Notes under the pieces: model-generated
Told to the model about the DNA's origin: nothing
Databases searched by the model: none
Seen by the model: the letters and a program-made list of their open reading frames with translations, nothing else
Made by a program: the position numbers and the translations under genes
Shown here: piece after piece, positions 41,244 through 51,457 of the stretch
How positions within the stretch are numbered: position 1 is the first letter of the stretch
Layout of the letters: each line of letters opens with the position of its first letter
Assembly: GCA_965601925.1 (NCBI GenBank)
Contig: OZ271854.1
Location: 4,928,001-4,992,000, forward strand
Reading direction: 5' to 3'
DNA: 64,000 nt
DNA from: Alkalispirochaeta sp.
Lineage (GTDB): Bacteria > Spirochaetota > Spirochaetia > DSM-27196 > Alkalispirochaetaceae

Positions 41244-43162
41244 GGTGTGTCCTCGCGTCGGCCCACGGGGACGGTGATATGAAAGCGAACACCCCGTCCC
41301 GGAGTCGAGTGCATGGTATACCGTCCATCGAGACGTTCCAACCGTTTTTTGATGTTCCTCAGGCCGAAACCGCTCTTATCCTCTCCACTTCCGAGGCCCC
41401 GGCCGTCGTCGGAGAACTCGAGGATAAGCGCGTCATGCTTGATTCCGGCGTTCAGATGGACTGCACCGGCCTGAGAATGCTTGAGGACATTGGATACGAG
41501 TTCTTCAAGAATTTCCTTGATCTGATGGCTTCGGCGGCCGTCGAACGCCTCCGGCGGTACGTTGACCTTCTCTCGCAGCACAATGCCGCGAATCGCCAAC
41601 CGGTTACGGATTTGCTCCACCATCGCGTCTCCGAGGAGGGGCTCGTCTTCGATGAGGTTGCTGTTTCGGCTGATGAGTCTCTTCATTTCGTCGATGGCTA
41701 CCTCACAATTCGAATCGATACGTTTGAGCATGTCTTCGACCATGACCGGATTCTTATGCAACTCGCTGGAAGCGACGGTGTTGCAGATGTTGATATTGGT
41801 AAGCCGGGCGCCGATGGAATCGTGCATATCCGAGTACAGCTGTTCCCGTTCTTCAATAATCCGTAGTCGAGTATTCTCCCGCTGCAGAGCCAGAACTTCC
41901 CGAGTCCGGCTTTCGACACGCTGCTCCATCTCCTGGGAGTAGCTTTCGATAATATCCAGCAGTTCATTGAAGCGCCGGGCCAAGTAACTGAACTCATCAT
42001 TGCTCTGAATCGTCACCCGTTTATCCCAGTTCTTGTCTTTGACATCGGCGATCACTTCCGTCAAGGTGGTGACGGGCCGGGTAATCATCCCGGTAATGTA
42101 GAACGAGGCCAGCGTCAGGACAATGATGATGAACCCAAGGAGCATCACCGTTCTGACGAATAGGGCCCTGGACAGAAACCTGAACTCCGTATAATCCAAG
42201 CTGACACCGATACTCCAGGAGAAATGGTTTATAGGCACCAGTGCCAGAACCATCCACCTCCCCTCCTCTGCATCCCGGTATACCGTGGCGGTGACCTCTC
42301 GTGATTCAAGGGACTGGTCGTGAAGCTCCCCCAACACCCAATCGTCCATGCTGGGGATAGCGCGCCCCAAAAACTGGCGGGAGGCGTCCAGCTCCGCGAC
42401 GGTTTCCCCATCCAGCGGGGTCACGCTCCGGTACACCAACTCTCTTCTCGTGTGGAGAATCACAATCCCGTCTCTGTTGATGATAAACACTTCCGGCCTC
42501 CGGACGGGAATGGAAACGGGCCGAATGCGGTTCGTGCCGCTCCCCAGAGGCTCCTCGAGGATTTCCGGCTCGGCAAGGAGGGTGTTCAATTCAATGATGT
42601 TCTGCAGGTAGCTCCCGTCGATTTTCAGCACCACGACACCGGCCAGACTGCCGTCTTCGTTCTTGACGGGCGTCGACAGGAACACTCCGGGAATCAGGCT
42701 ACGCAACCCGATGGAATAGTCCGAGATAAACAAATCCGTCTCGCCGCCTACGAGATTTTGGTAATAGGGCCGGAATGAGTAGTCGGTGCCGACAAACCGG
42801 CGGTCCGTGGACGCCCGGCAAACCCCCGCTTCATCCAAGAGGAAGACAACGGAGAACTCTCGGGGATTCGTTGAACGAATATCGTCCAGGAGTGTGTGAA
42901 TCTCCCGAGTATCCTCGTACTGCCGGGAATGAATGAATCCGGTGATATCGGAGTTGAGCGCCAGTTGGTTGACGACGACTCCGGCATGCACCAAATAACG
43001 GTCAAGCTGGTCTTTGACCATCAGCCCCCTGTCGACCAAGTTGTCGAGCTCCATTGTCAGGATGTAATCGGTGCTGGACCGGTGTTGAAACACACTGAAC
43101 AGACTGATGCCCAGGGTGAAAATAGTAACGAAGACGATAAGCAGTCTGATACTGAATCGCAT
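41240..43162 (-). CDS. Sensor histidine kinase (Cache sensor, HAMP, HisKA_3-type, HATPase)
   Basis: DYSFRPYY Cache motif, HAMP, DMHDSIG, NVLKHS, DDGRG, GFGL. Confidence 0.93.
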   Translation of the reverse strand: MRFSIRLLIVFVTIFTLGISLFSVFQHRSSTDYILTMELDNLVDRGLMVKDQLDRYLVHAGVVVNQLALNSDITGFIHSRQYEDTREIHTLLDDIRSTNPREFSVVFLLDEAGVCRASTDRRFVGTDYSFRPYYQNLVGGETDLFISDYSIGLRSLIPGVFLSTPVKNEDGSLAGVVVLKIDGSYLQNIIELNTLLAEPEILEEPLGSGTNRIRPVSIPVRRPEVFIINRDGIVILHTRRELVYRSVTPLDGETVAELDASRQFLGRAIPSMDDWVLGELHDQSLESREVTATVYRDAEEGRWMVLALVPINHFSWSIGVSLDYTEFRFLSRALFVRTVMLLGFIIIVLTLASFYITGMITRPVTTLTEVIADVKDKNWDKRVTIQSNDEFSYLARRFNELLDIIESYSQEMEQRVESRTREVLALQRENTRLRIIEEREQLYSDMHDSIGARLTNINICNTVASSELHKNPVMVEDMLKRIDSNCEVAIDEMKRLISRNSNLIEDEPLLGDAMVEQIRNRLAIRGIVLREKVNVPPEAFDGRRSHQIKEILEELVSNVLKHSQAGAVHLNAGIKHDALILEFSDDGRGLGSGEDKSGFGLRNIKKRLERLDGRYTMHSTPGRGVRFHITVPVGRREDTP

Positions 43163-43397
43163 AGTTTTCCTCGATAACGCTCCGGGTACATCATACTAGT
43201 TCAGAGCTGCCGAGGATTCAATCCTCAAACCGCGCCGAGCGGGCCACGGTTTTCCGGTGTAAACTACTTCCGTTCGGTGTTCAGGCGGGAAGCGGTGCGA
43301 ACGGAGGAGCGCGCAGTGTGTCGACTCACCGTGTATGGAAGAAACGTCTTCCGTCGGAGCGCCGAAGGCGCGTACAACGATCTCGTAACGGTTATCG

Positions 43398-43426
43398 TTG
43401 ACCCGCATACCCCCGACGGGTATTCT
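43398..43426 (+). promoter_or_regulatory. Promoter with CsoR/RcnR-type operator
   Basis: TTGACC-17-TATTCT with ATACCCCCGACGGGTAT (43407-43423) in the spacer. Confidence 0.82.
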
Positions 43427-43433
43427 CTTTTTT

Positions 43434-43718
43434 ATGCTGCACGAGAAACTGAAACTCTCGATCGCTCATCGCCTCCGGCGGATCGAGGGGCAGGTCGTCG
43501 GCGTCCAAAAAATGGTCGACGAAGAGCGCTACTGCGTAGATATTCTCAACCAGACCGCCGCGATTGTATCGGCGATACGTGGGGTCGAAAATCTGATCGT
43601 GGAACACCATCTCGATACCTGCGTCTCCGACGCGATGCGAAGCGGCGACGCCGACGCGCAACGTCGGAAGATCTCCGAGGTTATGGACGTCATCGGAACG
43701 TATCGCAAGCACGGATGA
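43434..43718 (+). CDS. csoR: CsoR/RcnR family metal-sensing repressor
   Basis: RLRRIEGQV.G...YCVDIL.Q...HHLDTCV (C-H-C ligand set). Confidence 0.88.
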   Translation: MLHEKLKLSIAHRLRRIEGQVVGVQKMVDEERYCVDILNQTAAIVSAIRGVENLIVEHHLDTCVSDAMRSGDADAQRRKISEVMDVIGTYRKHG

Positions 43719-43770
43719 GACGCGTCGACGAAACGTTCGCGCGCTACGGTATGAACACGTCCGGGATACC

Positions 43771-44880
43771 ATGGGCAGACATCTCGTATTAGTCGGCGGC
43801 GGTCACGCACACATGGTGACGCTGGCCAACGTGCGGCGATTTGTGAAGCGCTCGCATCGGGTGACGGTGATCGGGCCTTCGGTGCACCACTACTATTCGG
43901 GTATGGGGCCCGGGCTACTGGGCGGAACGTACGCCGCTGAGGAAATCCGCTTCGCAACGCGTCGTATTGTCGAGCGACAGGGGGGACGATTCGTATGCGG
44001 CGCAGTACAGCGCATCGATCCGGAAGATCGCAGGCTGTTTCTTGATACCGGCGAGACCGTCGCCTATGACGTCGCGTCCTTCAATGTCGGAAGTATCGTG
44101 CGTAGCGACACCGTGCGCATTAAGAACTCGACGGTCTTTCCGGTAAAGCCGATCGAAACGTTGCTCCGAGCGCGAAACCACATTCGAGACGCATCGACGC
44201 AGAGAGGTCTCCGGATCGGCGTAGTGGGAGGAGGACCGGCCGCGGCGGAGATCGCCGGTAACATCGGACACCTCGTTCGCGGAGAGGGAATCCGTCGGCC
44301 GACCGTCACGATCCTCACCGCCCGCCGTTTCATGGATTCCGTCCCCGAAGCCGCCAGGCGCTGTATCGCGCGGCACCTGGCGCGACACAACATCGGGATA
44401 TCAGAACACGACCCCGTAACGACGGTACGGAATAACCGCATCGAAACGAAGGCCGGCCGTTCATACGAGGTCGATATCACCTTTCTCGCCATGGGCATCA
44501 GCCCGACACCGATTTTCCGCGGCTCGGGGCTACCGACCGGCCCCGACGGCGGTCTGTCGGTCAATCGATATCTTCAAAGCTGCGCGTATCCCGAGCTATT
44601 CGGCGGCGGCGATTGCATCCACTTCGCCGATCATCCGCTCGCTAAGGTCGGCGTGCACGCCGTGCGGGAAAGCCCGATTCTCTGTTACAACCTCATGGCG
44701 ACATTGGAGGAGAGGCCGCTTCGGCCGTTCTCCCCTCGCAATGGATACCTACTCATTCTCAATGTCGGTGATATCGGAATCTTGCGAAAGGGGCGATTCA
44801 TCGTTGCGAGCCCCGCAATAAAACGGCTCAAAGACTCCATCGATCGCCGGTTCATGCGACGATATCAAGCCTTGGAGTAG
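43771..44880 (+). CDS. FAD-dependent pyridine nucleotide-disulfide oxidoreductase (like the SelD N-terminal/NDH-2-type domain)
   Basis: LVGGGHAH, YSGMGPG, PVKP, VVGGG, FGGGDC, K.GVHAVR. Confidence 0.85.
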   Translation: MGRHLVLVGGGHAHMVTLANVRRFVKRSHRVTVIGPSVHHYYSGMGPGLLGGTYAAEEIRFATRRIVERQGGRFVCGAVQRIDPEDRRLFLDTGETVAYDVASFNVGSIVRSDTVRIKNSTVFPVKPIETLLRARNHIRDASTQRGLRIGVVGGGPAAAEIAGNIGHLVRGEGIRRPTVTILTARRFMDSVPEAARRCIARHLARHNIGISEHDPVTTVRNNRIETKAGRSYEVDITFLAMGISPTPIFRGSGLPTGPDGGLSVNRYLQSCAYPELFGGGDCIHFADHPLAKVGVHAVRESPILCYNLMATLEERPLRPFSPRNGYLLILNVGDIGILRKGRFIVASPAIKRLKDSIDRRFMRRYQALE

Positions 44881-45094
44881 ACCGCACGCCGCTGCCGGTC
44901 CCGGTAACGTCGCGTACAAAGCGAGCTACCGGAAATCGGGTCGGCCTACGCGGAGCGGAAGGGGTATGTGAAGACGCGATGCGGCGTGGATCACGATCTC
45001 TTTTACGCTCTTTTTGCGCTATTGCAGCCTTTAAAAGATCAAAACGATCTTTTTCATTGACGAATCGATCATGCAATGATACAAAGAGAGCACT

Positions 45095-46156
45095 ATGAAC
45101 GTTTCAGAAATCACCAAAGATCGATGGCTCCATGATGTGTTCCCGGAATGGGGTACCTGGTTGAACGAAGAGATCGAAGAGGAAGTCGTAAAACCGGGAA
45201 CCTTCGCCATGTGGTGGTTGGGTTGTACGGGCATCTGGATAAAGTCCGAAGGCAACGCCAACCTCATGATCGACTTCTGGACGAAAAGCGGAAAGCGAAC
45301 GAAGAAAAACAAGCTGATGCGCAAGCATCACCAACACCAACGCATGATCGGATGCGTAGCGTTGCAGCCCAACCTCAGAAACGCGCCGTGTGTGCTCGAT
45401 CCGTTCGAGATCAGAACCGTCGATGCGGTGTTGGCGACTCACGACCACGGCGATCATATCGATCCGTACGTCGCGGCGGCCGTCCTGCAAAACTGCGCTC
45501 CCGACGTTCCCTTCATCGGCCCTCAATCGTGCGTCGATCTGTGGACGTCATGGGGCGTACCGGAGGCGCGCTGCACCGTCGTACACCCCGGTGACACCGT
45601 AACGATCAAAGACACGACAATCGCGGTCCTCGAGTCGTTCGACCGCACGGAGCTCGTAACGGCCCCCGACGATGTGGTGTTGAAGGGCAAGCCGGTGCGC
45701 GAGATGAACGAGATCGCGGTGAACTATCTTATCAAGACCCCGGGAGGCAATCTCTATCACGGCGGCGATTCGCACTACTCCAACTACTTCGCGAAACACG
45801 GCAACGATCACGATATCGATGTAGCGTTGGGAGCGTTCGGCGAGAATCCCCGCGGTATGACCGACAAGATCAACGCGTTCGACATGCTGCGCATGGCCGA
45901 GTCTCTCAAGACCAAAGTGATTATCCCGGTCCACCACGACATATGGACGAACTTCATGGCGAACCCACAAGAAATTTTGACCTTGTGGAACATGAAAAAG
46001 GATCGTCTCAAATACCAATTCAAGCCGTACATCTGGCAGGTCGGGGGTAAGTTCAGCTGGCCGGAAAACAAGGACGATCTCGAGTTCATGTTCGACCGCG
46101 GATTTCACGACGCATTCGCCATTGAGCCCGACTTACCCTTTCCGTCGCTTCTGTAG
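45095..46156 (+). CDS. ulaG: L-ascorbate-6-phosphate lactonase
   Basis: [45 protein letters not shown]. Confidence 0.95.
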   Translation: MNVSEITKDRWLHDVFPEWGTWLNEEIEEEVVKPGTFAMWWLGCTGIWIKSEGNANLMIDFWTKSGKRTKKNKLMRKHHQHQRMIGCVALQPNLRNAPCVLDPFEIRTVDAVLATHDHGDHIDPYVAAAVLQNCAPDVPFIGPQSCVDLWTSWGVPEARCTVVHPGDTVTIKDTTIAVLESFDRTELVTAPDDVVLKGKPVREMNEIAVNYLIKTPGGNLYHGGDSHYSNYFAKHGNDHDIDVALGAFGENPRGMTDKINAFDMLRMAESLKTKVIIPVHHDIWTNFMANPQEILTLWNMKKDRLKYQFKPYIWQVGGKFSWPENKDDLEFMFDRGFHDAFAIEPDLPFPSLL

Positions 46157-46316
46157 CCGCCGCCTCTCGCAGGCGGGAGACGACGTATCCCGCCTGCCGC
46201 CGGGTATTACTCCCTCGCTTGATGCCACCTTCACATCCGCGTCGATTTTTGCCACCGCTCGGCTATATACGATAGAATCGGCATCCGAGAATCGATTGCA
46301 ATGAGCGAGGAAAACG

Positions 46317-47102
46317 ATGAGAAACAGCTCCATTTCCCAAAAACGGCAACAACAGATCATGCAGCGCTTGTACGAGGCGGGAAAAGTCACCGTAAACGAG
46401 TTGAGCCGAGACTTCGACGTCTCGCCGATTACCATTCGTCGCGACCTCGACCTCTTGGGCGATGAGGGACTTCTCGATCGCGTTCACGGCGGAGCAACGA
46501 TTACGAAGGGAAACCCAAACGAGTTGCTGTTCTCCGAGAAGGACCATACGAACATCCAGGAGAAAGACGCTATCGGGAGAGCCGCGGCGGGGATGCTGGC
46601 CGACGGCGACACGGTTTTGCTCAACAGCGGCTCTACGACTCTACAGGTGCTGCGCCACATCGGCAGCAAAAAAGTCCGCGTCATCACCAATAATGCGGCC
46701 GCCATGAACGTCGACCGCGACCCAACGGTGGAGCTTATCATCGTCGGAGGCGAGCATCGCGCAACGTCGCACTCCTTAGTCGGGGAGCTCGCGGTCATGA
46801 ACTTATCGCAGGTCTACGGGAGCTGCGCCATGCTCGGTGTAAACGGCATCGACGCGGCCGGCGGCCTCACCTCGTCGGTATACCAGGAAACGGGAGTAAA
46901 CCGCGCCATGATCGAACGTAGTCGCGGGCCGGTCATGGTCTTGGCCGATCATACGAAGCTCGGTGTAGTGTCGAACTTTCTTACGACCTCGATACAGCAC
47001 GTCGATACGCTCATAACCGATGAGAGCGCCGACGAGAATGTTATCCGCACCCTGGAGCAGGCGGGCCTGCGTGTCGTCATAGCTCAAAAAGAACTCTTAT
47101 AA
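46317..47102 (+). CDS. ulaR: DeoR family regulator (UlaR-like)
   Basis: VSPITIRRDL...RVHGGA, SGSTT, ITNN, LADHTK; inside the ula cluster. Confidence 0.8.
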   Translation: MRNSSISQKRQQQIMQRLYEAGKVTVNELSRDFDVSPITIRRDLDLLGDEGLLDRVHGGATITKGNPNELLFSEKDHTNIQEKDAIGRAAAGMLADGDTVLLNSGSTTLQVLRHIGSKKVRVITNNAAAMNVDRDPTVELIIVGGEHRATSHSLVGELAVMNLSQVYGSCAMLGVNGIDAAGGLTSSVYQETGVNRAMIERSRGPVMVLADHTKLGVVSNFLTTSIQHVDTLITDESADENVIRTLEQAGLRVVIAQKELL

Positions 47103-47141
47103 CATTCAAAAAGAGCATACAACATGCTCTTTTTGAATGTT
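47101..47141. promoter_or_regulatory. 18-bp perfect AT-rich palindrome (terminator and/or DeoR operator)
   Basis: aacattcaaaaagagcat-acaac-atgctctttttgaatgtt. Confidence 0.6.
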
Positions 47142-47237
47142 TTGCTTGTGTTTTCACCGAACTCGGGTTACGATCATCCAACCTACATAGCACGACGTTG
47201 CGCTTCGACCGGCAGCGTTCAGTAAAAGGAGACGCGG

Positions 47238-48650
47238 ATGATTGAGATTTTTCTCGAATTTGTGAACAAATTCTTAGGCAGAGCACCGCTGTTGCTCGGT
47301 ACCGTGACCCTCATCGGATACCTGTTGCTGAAACAACCGCGCAAAGCGATCCCGGGATTCATCAAGGCGTACGTCGGGTTTCGGATCTTGCAGGTCGGTG
47401 CCGGTGGCTTGGTCGGTACCTTCCGCCCGATCATCGATGCGGTACGCGCTCGCTTCGGCGTGTCGGCTTTGGTAATCGACCCGTATTTCGGTCAGACCTC
47501 GGCTACCGAGGGTCTCGACGTGTTCGGCTCGCTCCAGTTCGTCGGCTACGTCATGATCATCGCCTTCGCGTTCAACATTGTATTGGTGGCCTTGCGCAAA
47601 TACACCAAGATTCGCGCGCTCTTCATTACCGGCCACATCATGTACCAACAGTCGGCGGTGCTTCTGTGGGCGGTGTACTGGGTCATTCAGGGAGGCACGG
47701 GCCAACCGGTCTCCCCGCTGATCTGGATCGTATGCGGTCTTCTGATCGGTACCTACTGGTCGGTCTCTTCCAACCTGACCATTGAGGCGACGCAACACGT
47801 CACCAACGGCGCCGGGTTCACCTTGGGACACCAGCAGATGTTCGGTGCGTGGTTCGCCTACAAGCTCGGTAAGGCGGTCGGCGGTAACAGCAAGAGCGTC
47901 AACGAGGGCGAAAGCTCCGGTTTAGCGGCTCTGTTGAACGACAACGTCGTGGCCAACACCGTGCTGATGACCTTCTTTGTCGGTATCATCATGCTCATCT
48001 TGGGCCGCGACACCTTCACCTACAACACCGACCAGTACTACTTCGCGACCTACATCTTCGAGACGACGGCGCTGTTCGCCGTGTATATCGCGATATTGCA
48101 GATGGGCGTGCGTATGTTCGTTGCCGAGCTGACGGCGTCGTTCCACGGAATCTCGGATCGGGTTCTCAAAGGTGCGGTCCCGGCGGTCGACTGCGCAGTC
48201 ACCTTCGGCTTTTCACCCAACGCCCCGAGCTTCGGCTTCATGTTCGGTTTCTTCGGGCAGATGATTGCGATCGTGACGCTGATCGCCGTTCGCTCTCCGG
48301 TCGTGATCCTGGCGGGATTCATCAGCTTGTTCTTCGATAACGGTACCTTGGCGGTCTACGCCAACGCCTCCGGCGGGCGTCGCGCCGCGGCGATCATCCC
48401 CTTCGTGTCGGGCTTGATTCAGGTCTTCGGTTCGGCCGCGGTTTTAACGGTCCTGCGCGACAGTCCCAACGTAGTGGGTTGGATGGGTATGTTCGACTGG
48501 GCGACGCTCTGGTCCGGTACCGTGCTCTTGACCGACGTGCTGGGCATCATCGTTCCGATTCTGCTGATCCCGGCTCTGTTGATCATCCCGCAGATTCAGT
48601 ACCGGCACACCAAGGAGAACTACTTCACCACGATGAGAACCGATAAGTAG
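47238..48650 (+). CDS. ulaA: PTS ascorbate transporter IIC
   Basis: LFITGHI, GFTLGHQQ, GVRMFVAEL..SF.GIS, AVPAVDC, FFDNG. Confidence 0.93.
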   Translation: MIEIFLEFVNKFLGRAPLLLGTVTLIGYLLLKQPRKAIPGFIKAYVGFRILQVGAGGLVGTFRPIIDAVRARFGVSALVIDPYFGQTSATEGLDVFGSLQFVGYVMIIAFAFNIVLVALRKYTKIRALFITGHIMYQQSAVLLWAVYWVIQGGTGQPVSPLIWIVCGLLIGTYWSVSSNLTIEATQHVTNGAGFTLGHQQMFGAWFAYKLGKAVGGNSKSVNEGESSGLAALLNDNVVANTVLMTFFVGIIMLILGRDTFTYNTDQYYFATYIFETTALFAVYIAILQMGVRMFVAELTASFHGISDRVLKGAVPAVDCAVTFGFSPNAPSFGFMFGFFGQMIAIVTLIAVRSPVVILAGFISLFFDNGTLAVYANASGGRRAAAIIPFVSGLIQVFGSAAVLTVLRDSPNVVGWMGMFDWATLWSGTVLLTDVLGIIVPILLIPALLIIPQIQYRHTKENYFTTMRTDK

Positions 48651-48734
48651 GCGACGCATTTCCCGTCCTCCGCGGAGGGGTCGACACCCCTCCGCCGCGT
48701 TTACGGCAATTCGGAGAGAAGGAGTATCGGATCG

Positions 48735-49025
48735 ATGAAAATCTTGGCAATTTGCGGAAACGGAATGGGCACCAGCTTAGTCATTAAGCTGAAGGTGAAG
48801 AAGTTCTTGGATGCCGCCGGCATCGACGCCCAGGTAGAGTCGTGTTCCTTGGGCGAGGCGTCCGGACACCTCGCGACCGGTGTCGACATCGCAATCTGTT
48901 CGCAGCAGCTGGTCGGCGGCATAAATGCGCCGGAGCGCACGCATGTAGTCGGCCTCAAAAACCTCATGGACGAAAACGAGTTCGGCCCCAAGCTCCTGGC
49001 GATCGTAGGGGGACGTGACGAGTGA
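48735..49025 (+). CDS. ulaB: PTS ascorbate IIB
   Basis: ICGNGMGTS phosphorylation motif. Confidence 0.9.
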   Translation: MKILAICGNGMGTSLVIKLKVKKFLDAAGIDAQVESCSLGEASGHLATGVDIAICSQQLVGGINAPERTHVVGLKNLMDENEFGPKLLAIVGGRDE

Positions 49026-49480
49026 CCTTCGTCGAACAGCTTTTGGCGCGTAATACCATCGCGATCAAGGTCCACGCAGCGGATTGGAAAGAGGCGGTAA
49101 AGGTCGGAACCGATCTGTTGGTCTCCGCCGGCACGATCGAGGAGCGTTACTATGACGAGATCCTCAAGTGCCACGAAGAGTTGGGCCCCTATTATCTCTT
49201 GGCACCGGGTCTCGCCATGCCCCACGCACGGCCGGAGAGCGGCGTCATCGAGACCAGCTTCGCCTTGGTGACCCTCGAGGAGCCGGTGGAGTTCGGCGAC
49301 GAGTACAACGACCCCATCGACATTCTCATTACCATGGCGGCGAAGGACGCGAAGACGCAAAACGAAGAGGCGATCGTGCAGGTCGTCACCCTCCTCGACG
49401 ACGAGGAGACGGTCGCCGCGCTGCGGGGTGCCGTCGACGTTGCAGCGGCACGCGCAGTGCTTACGAGCATCAAGGAGTAA
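49022..49480 (+). CDS. ulaC: PTS ascorbate IIA
   Basis: GPYYLLAPGLAMPHARPE.GV. Confidence 0.9.
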   Translation: MTFVEQLLARNTIAIKVHAADWKEAVKVGTDLLVSAGTIEERYYDEILKCHEELGPYYLLAPGLAMPHARPESGVIETSFALVTLEEPVEFGDEYNDPIDILITMAAKDAKTQNEEAIVQVVTLLDDEETVAALRGAVDVAAARAVLTSIKE

Positions 49481-49483
49481 CTC

Positions 49484-50134
49484 ATGGCCATACCGCTACT
49501 ACAAGTGGCGCTCGACAATCTGCAGCTGGACGAAGCGCTCGCCTCGACTCGTCTCCTCGCGCCGGAGCTCGATGTCATCGAGGCGGGCACACTGCTGTGT
49601 CTATCCGAGGGCGCCGACAGCGTACGCGTCCTCTCTACGCTCTATCCGGACAACATCATCGTCGCCGACCTCAAAATCGTCGACGCCGGCGGAGAACTCG
49701 CCGATATGGCGTGTCGCTCCGGCGCCGACTGGGTGACGGTGATGTGTAACGCCGCCGACGCGACCAAGGAGAAAGCGATCCGAGGCGCGGGGCAACACGA
49801 TGGAGAGGTACAGATTGAACTATTCGGCAACTGGACCTTTGACGAGGCTGCGGCGTGGCGGGAGCTCGGCATCAAGCAAGTGATCTACCATCAGAGCCGT
49901 GACGCGCTCAACGCGGGCGCATCGTGGGGCGAGGAGAACATGCGGATCGTCCGTCGGCTCGCCGATATGGGCTTTGAGGTTTCGGTCACCGGCGGGCTCG
50001 AGCTCGACACGCTCAAGCTTTTTGCCGGCATCCCGGTCAAGTGCTTCATCGCGGGGCGCAGCCTGAGGAACGCCGCCGACCCCGCTGCCGAGGCGCGCTC
50101 GTGGAAGAACGAGATCGCGACTCATTGGTCCTAA
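49484..50134 (+). CDS. ulaD: 3-keto-L-gulonate-6-phosphate decarboxylase
   Basis: LQVALD, IEAGT, VADLKIVDAG, YHQSRDA, VTGG. Confidence 0.93.
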   Translation: MAIPLLQVALDNLQLDEALASTRLLAPELDVIEAGTLLCLSEGADSVRVLSTLYPDNIIVADLKIVDAGGELADMACRSGADWVTVMCNAADATKEKAIRGAGQHDGEVQIELFGNWTFDEAAAWRELGIKQVIYHQSRDALNAGASWGEENMRIVRRLADMGFEVSVTGGLELDTLKLFAGIPVKCFIAGRSLRNAADPAAEARSWKNEIATHWS

Positions 50135-50157
50135 CGAGTCGAAAAGGACGGAGCGAG

Positions 50158-51030
50158 ATGTACAAGATCGACGAGCCGGCGCTCGGTATTTACGAGAAAG
50201 CGCTCCCCCCGGTCGAGAGCTGGCGGGAGAAGCTCTCCGTCGCCAAGGAGGCGGGGTACGCCTTTGTAGAGCTATCGGTCGACGAGAGCGACGAACGCCT
50301 CGAGCGCCTCCGGTGGGGTGAACGCGAGCGCGCCTCGCTGCGCGAGGCGATCGCCGAGACCGGGGTGCGTATTCCTTCAATGTGCCTCTCCGCCCACCGC
50401 CGTTTCCCGCTCGGGAGTGAGAACGTCCGGACGCGGGAGAGAGCGTTCGAAATTATGAAACAAGCGATCGAGCTCGCCGTCGACGTCGGAATTCGCAACG
50501 TTCAACTGGCAGGTTACGACGTCTACTACGAAACGGGAAATGCCGCCACGCGACGTAACTTCGTGGAGGCACTGAAGCGGGCGATCAGATGGGCGGCTCG
50601 CGCGGAAGTAATGCTCAGTATGGAGATCATGGACCATCCGCTTATGAACTCAATCGGTCGCTTCATGGAACTCGCCGAGCAGGCGCCCTCTCCGTGGTTC
50701 ACCGTCTATCCCGACATCGGGAATCTGTCGGCGTGGGGCAACGATATCGAACGCGAGTTCTCGCGCGGTATCGAAAGGATCACGGCGGTGCATCTCAAGG
50801 ATACCAAGGCGGTCACGGGAACCTTCAGCGGTCAATTCAAAGAGGTGCCGTTCGGCGAAGGGTGCGTCGACTTCGTCGAGTTTTTTCGTATCATGGCGGA
50901 TCTCGACTACTCAGGCCCGTTCGTCATCGAGATGTGGACCGAAAAGGCCCCGGACCCCATACGTGAGATCACGCACGCACGGCGATGGATTTTGGATAAG
51001 ATGGCCGAAGGCGGCTTTTCCTTACAATAA
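50158..51030 (+). CDS. ulaE: L-ribulose-5-phosphate 3-epimerase
   Basis: LGIYEKA, SMCLSAHRRFPLGS, QLAGYDVYYE, YPDIGNL, HLKDT. Confidence 0.93.
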   Translation: MYKIDEPALGIYEKALPPVESWREKLSVAKEAGYAFVELSVDESDERLERLRWGERERASLREAIAETGVRIPSMCLSAHRRFPLGSENVRTRERAFEIMKQAIELAVDVGIRNVQLAGYDVYYETGNAATRRNFVEALKRAIRWAARAEVMLSMEIMDHPLMNSIGRFMELAEQAPSPWFTVYPDIGNLSAWGNDIEREFSRGIERITAVHLKDTKAVTGTFSGQFKEVPFGEGCVDFVEFFRIMADLDYSGPFVIEMWTEKAPDPIREITHARRWILDKMAEGGFSLQ

Positions 51031-51181
51031 ACGTCCCGGAACGCCGCGCTTTGGGCGTACAATACAGCCGGCAATCCGCACCACCCTCCCGAGCGACGAT
51101 CGGTCGCCGGTTGAGTCGGATCGGGTTGGACCGTACGAAACGCGCCGCCGGTGCGCATGGTGGGCCGGCAAGGAGATGCAG

Positions 51182-51442
51182 ATGGTATCGAGAGAGATAG
51201 AAATCGTGAACGAGACGGGACTACATACGCGACCCGGAAAACGGTTCGTCGACGAGGCCAAAAAGTTCGCGTGCGACGTACTCGTGCGCAAGGGTGACGT
51301 GGAGTGTAACGCCAAGAGCTTGCTCAAACTCCTGAAAGTCGGCATCTCCAAAGGAAATCGCATTACGATCGTCTGCGACGGCGAGGGCGAGGGTGCGGCG
51401 CTGGAGTCGCTCTGCGACTTCGTTGCGGCCCTTCAAGAGTAG
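51182..51442 (+). CDS. ptsH: Phosphocarrier protein HPr
   Basis: GLHTRP (His15) and NAKSL (Ser46). Confidence 0.93.
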   Translation: MVSREIEIVNETGLHTRPGKRFVDEAKKFACDVLVRKGDVECNAKSLLKLLKVGISKGNRITIVCDGEGEGAALESLCDFVAALQE

Positions 51443-51457
51443 CTTCGGAGTACGCAT

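Noticed and set aside
43771..44880. Selenophosphate synthetase (selD)
   Set aside because: Only the flavoprotein domain is present; no SelD catalytic domain.
48672..48695. Terminator between ulaA and ulaB
   Set aside because: 10-bp GC hairpin without an adjacent U-tract inside an operon; more likely an mRNA-stabilising stem.
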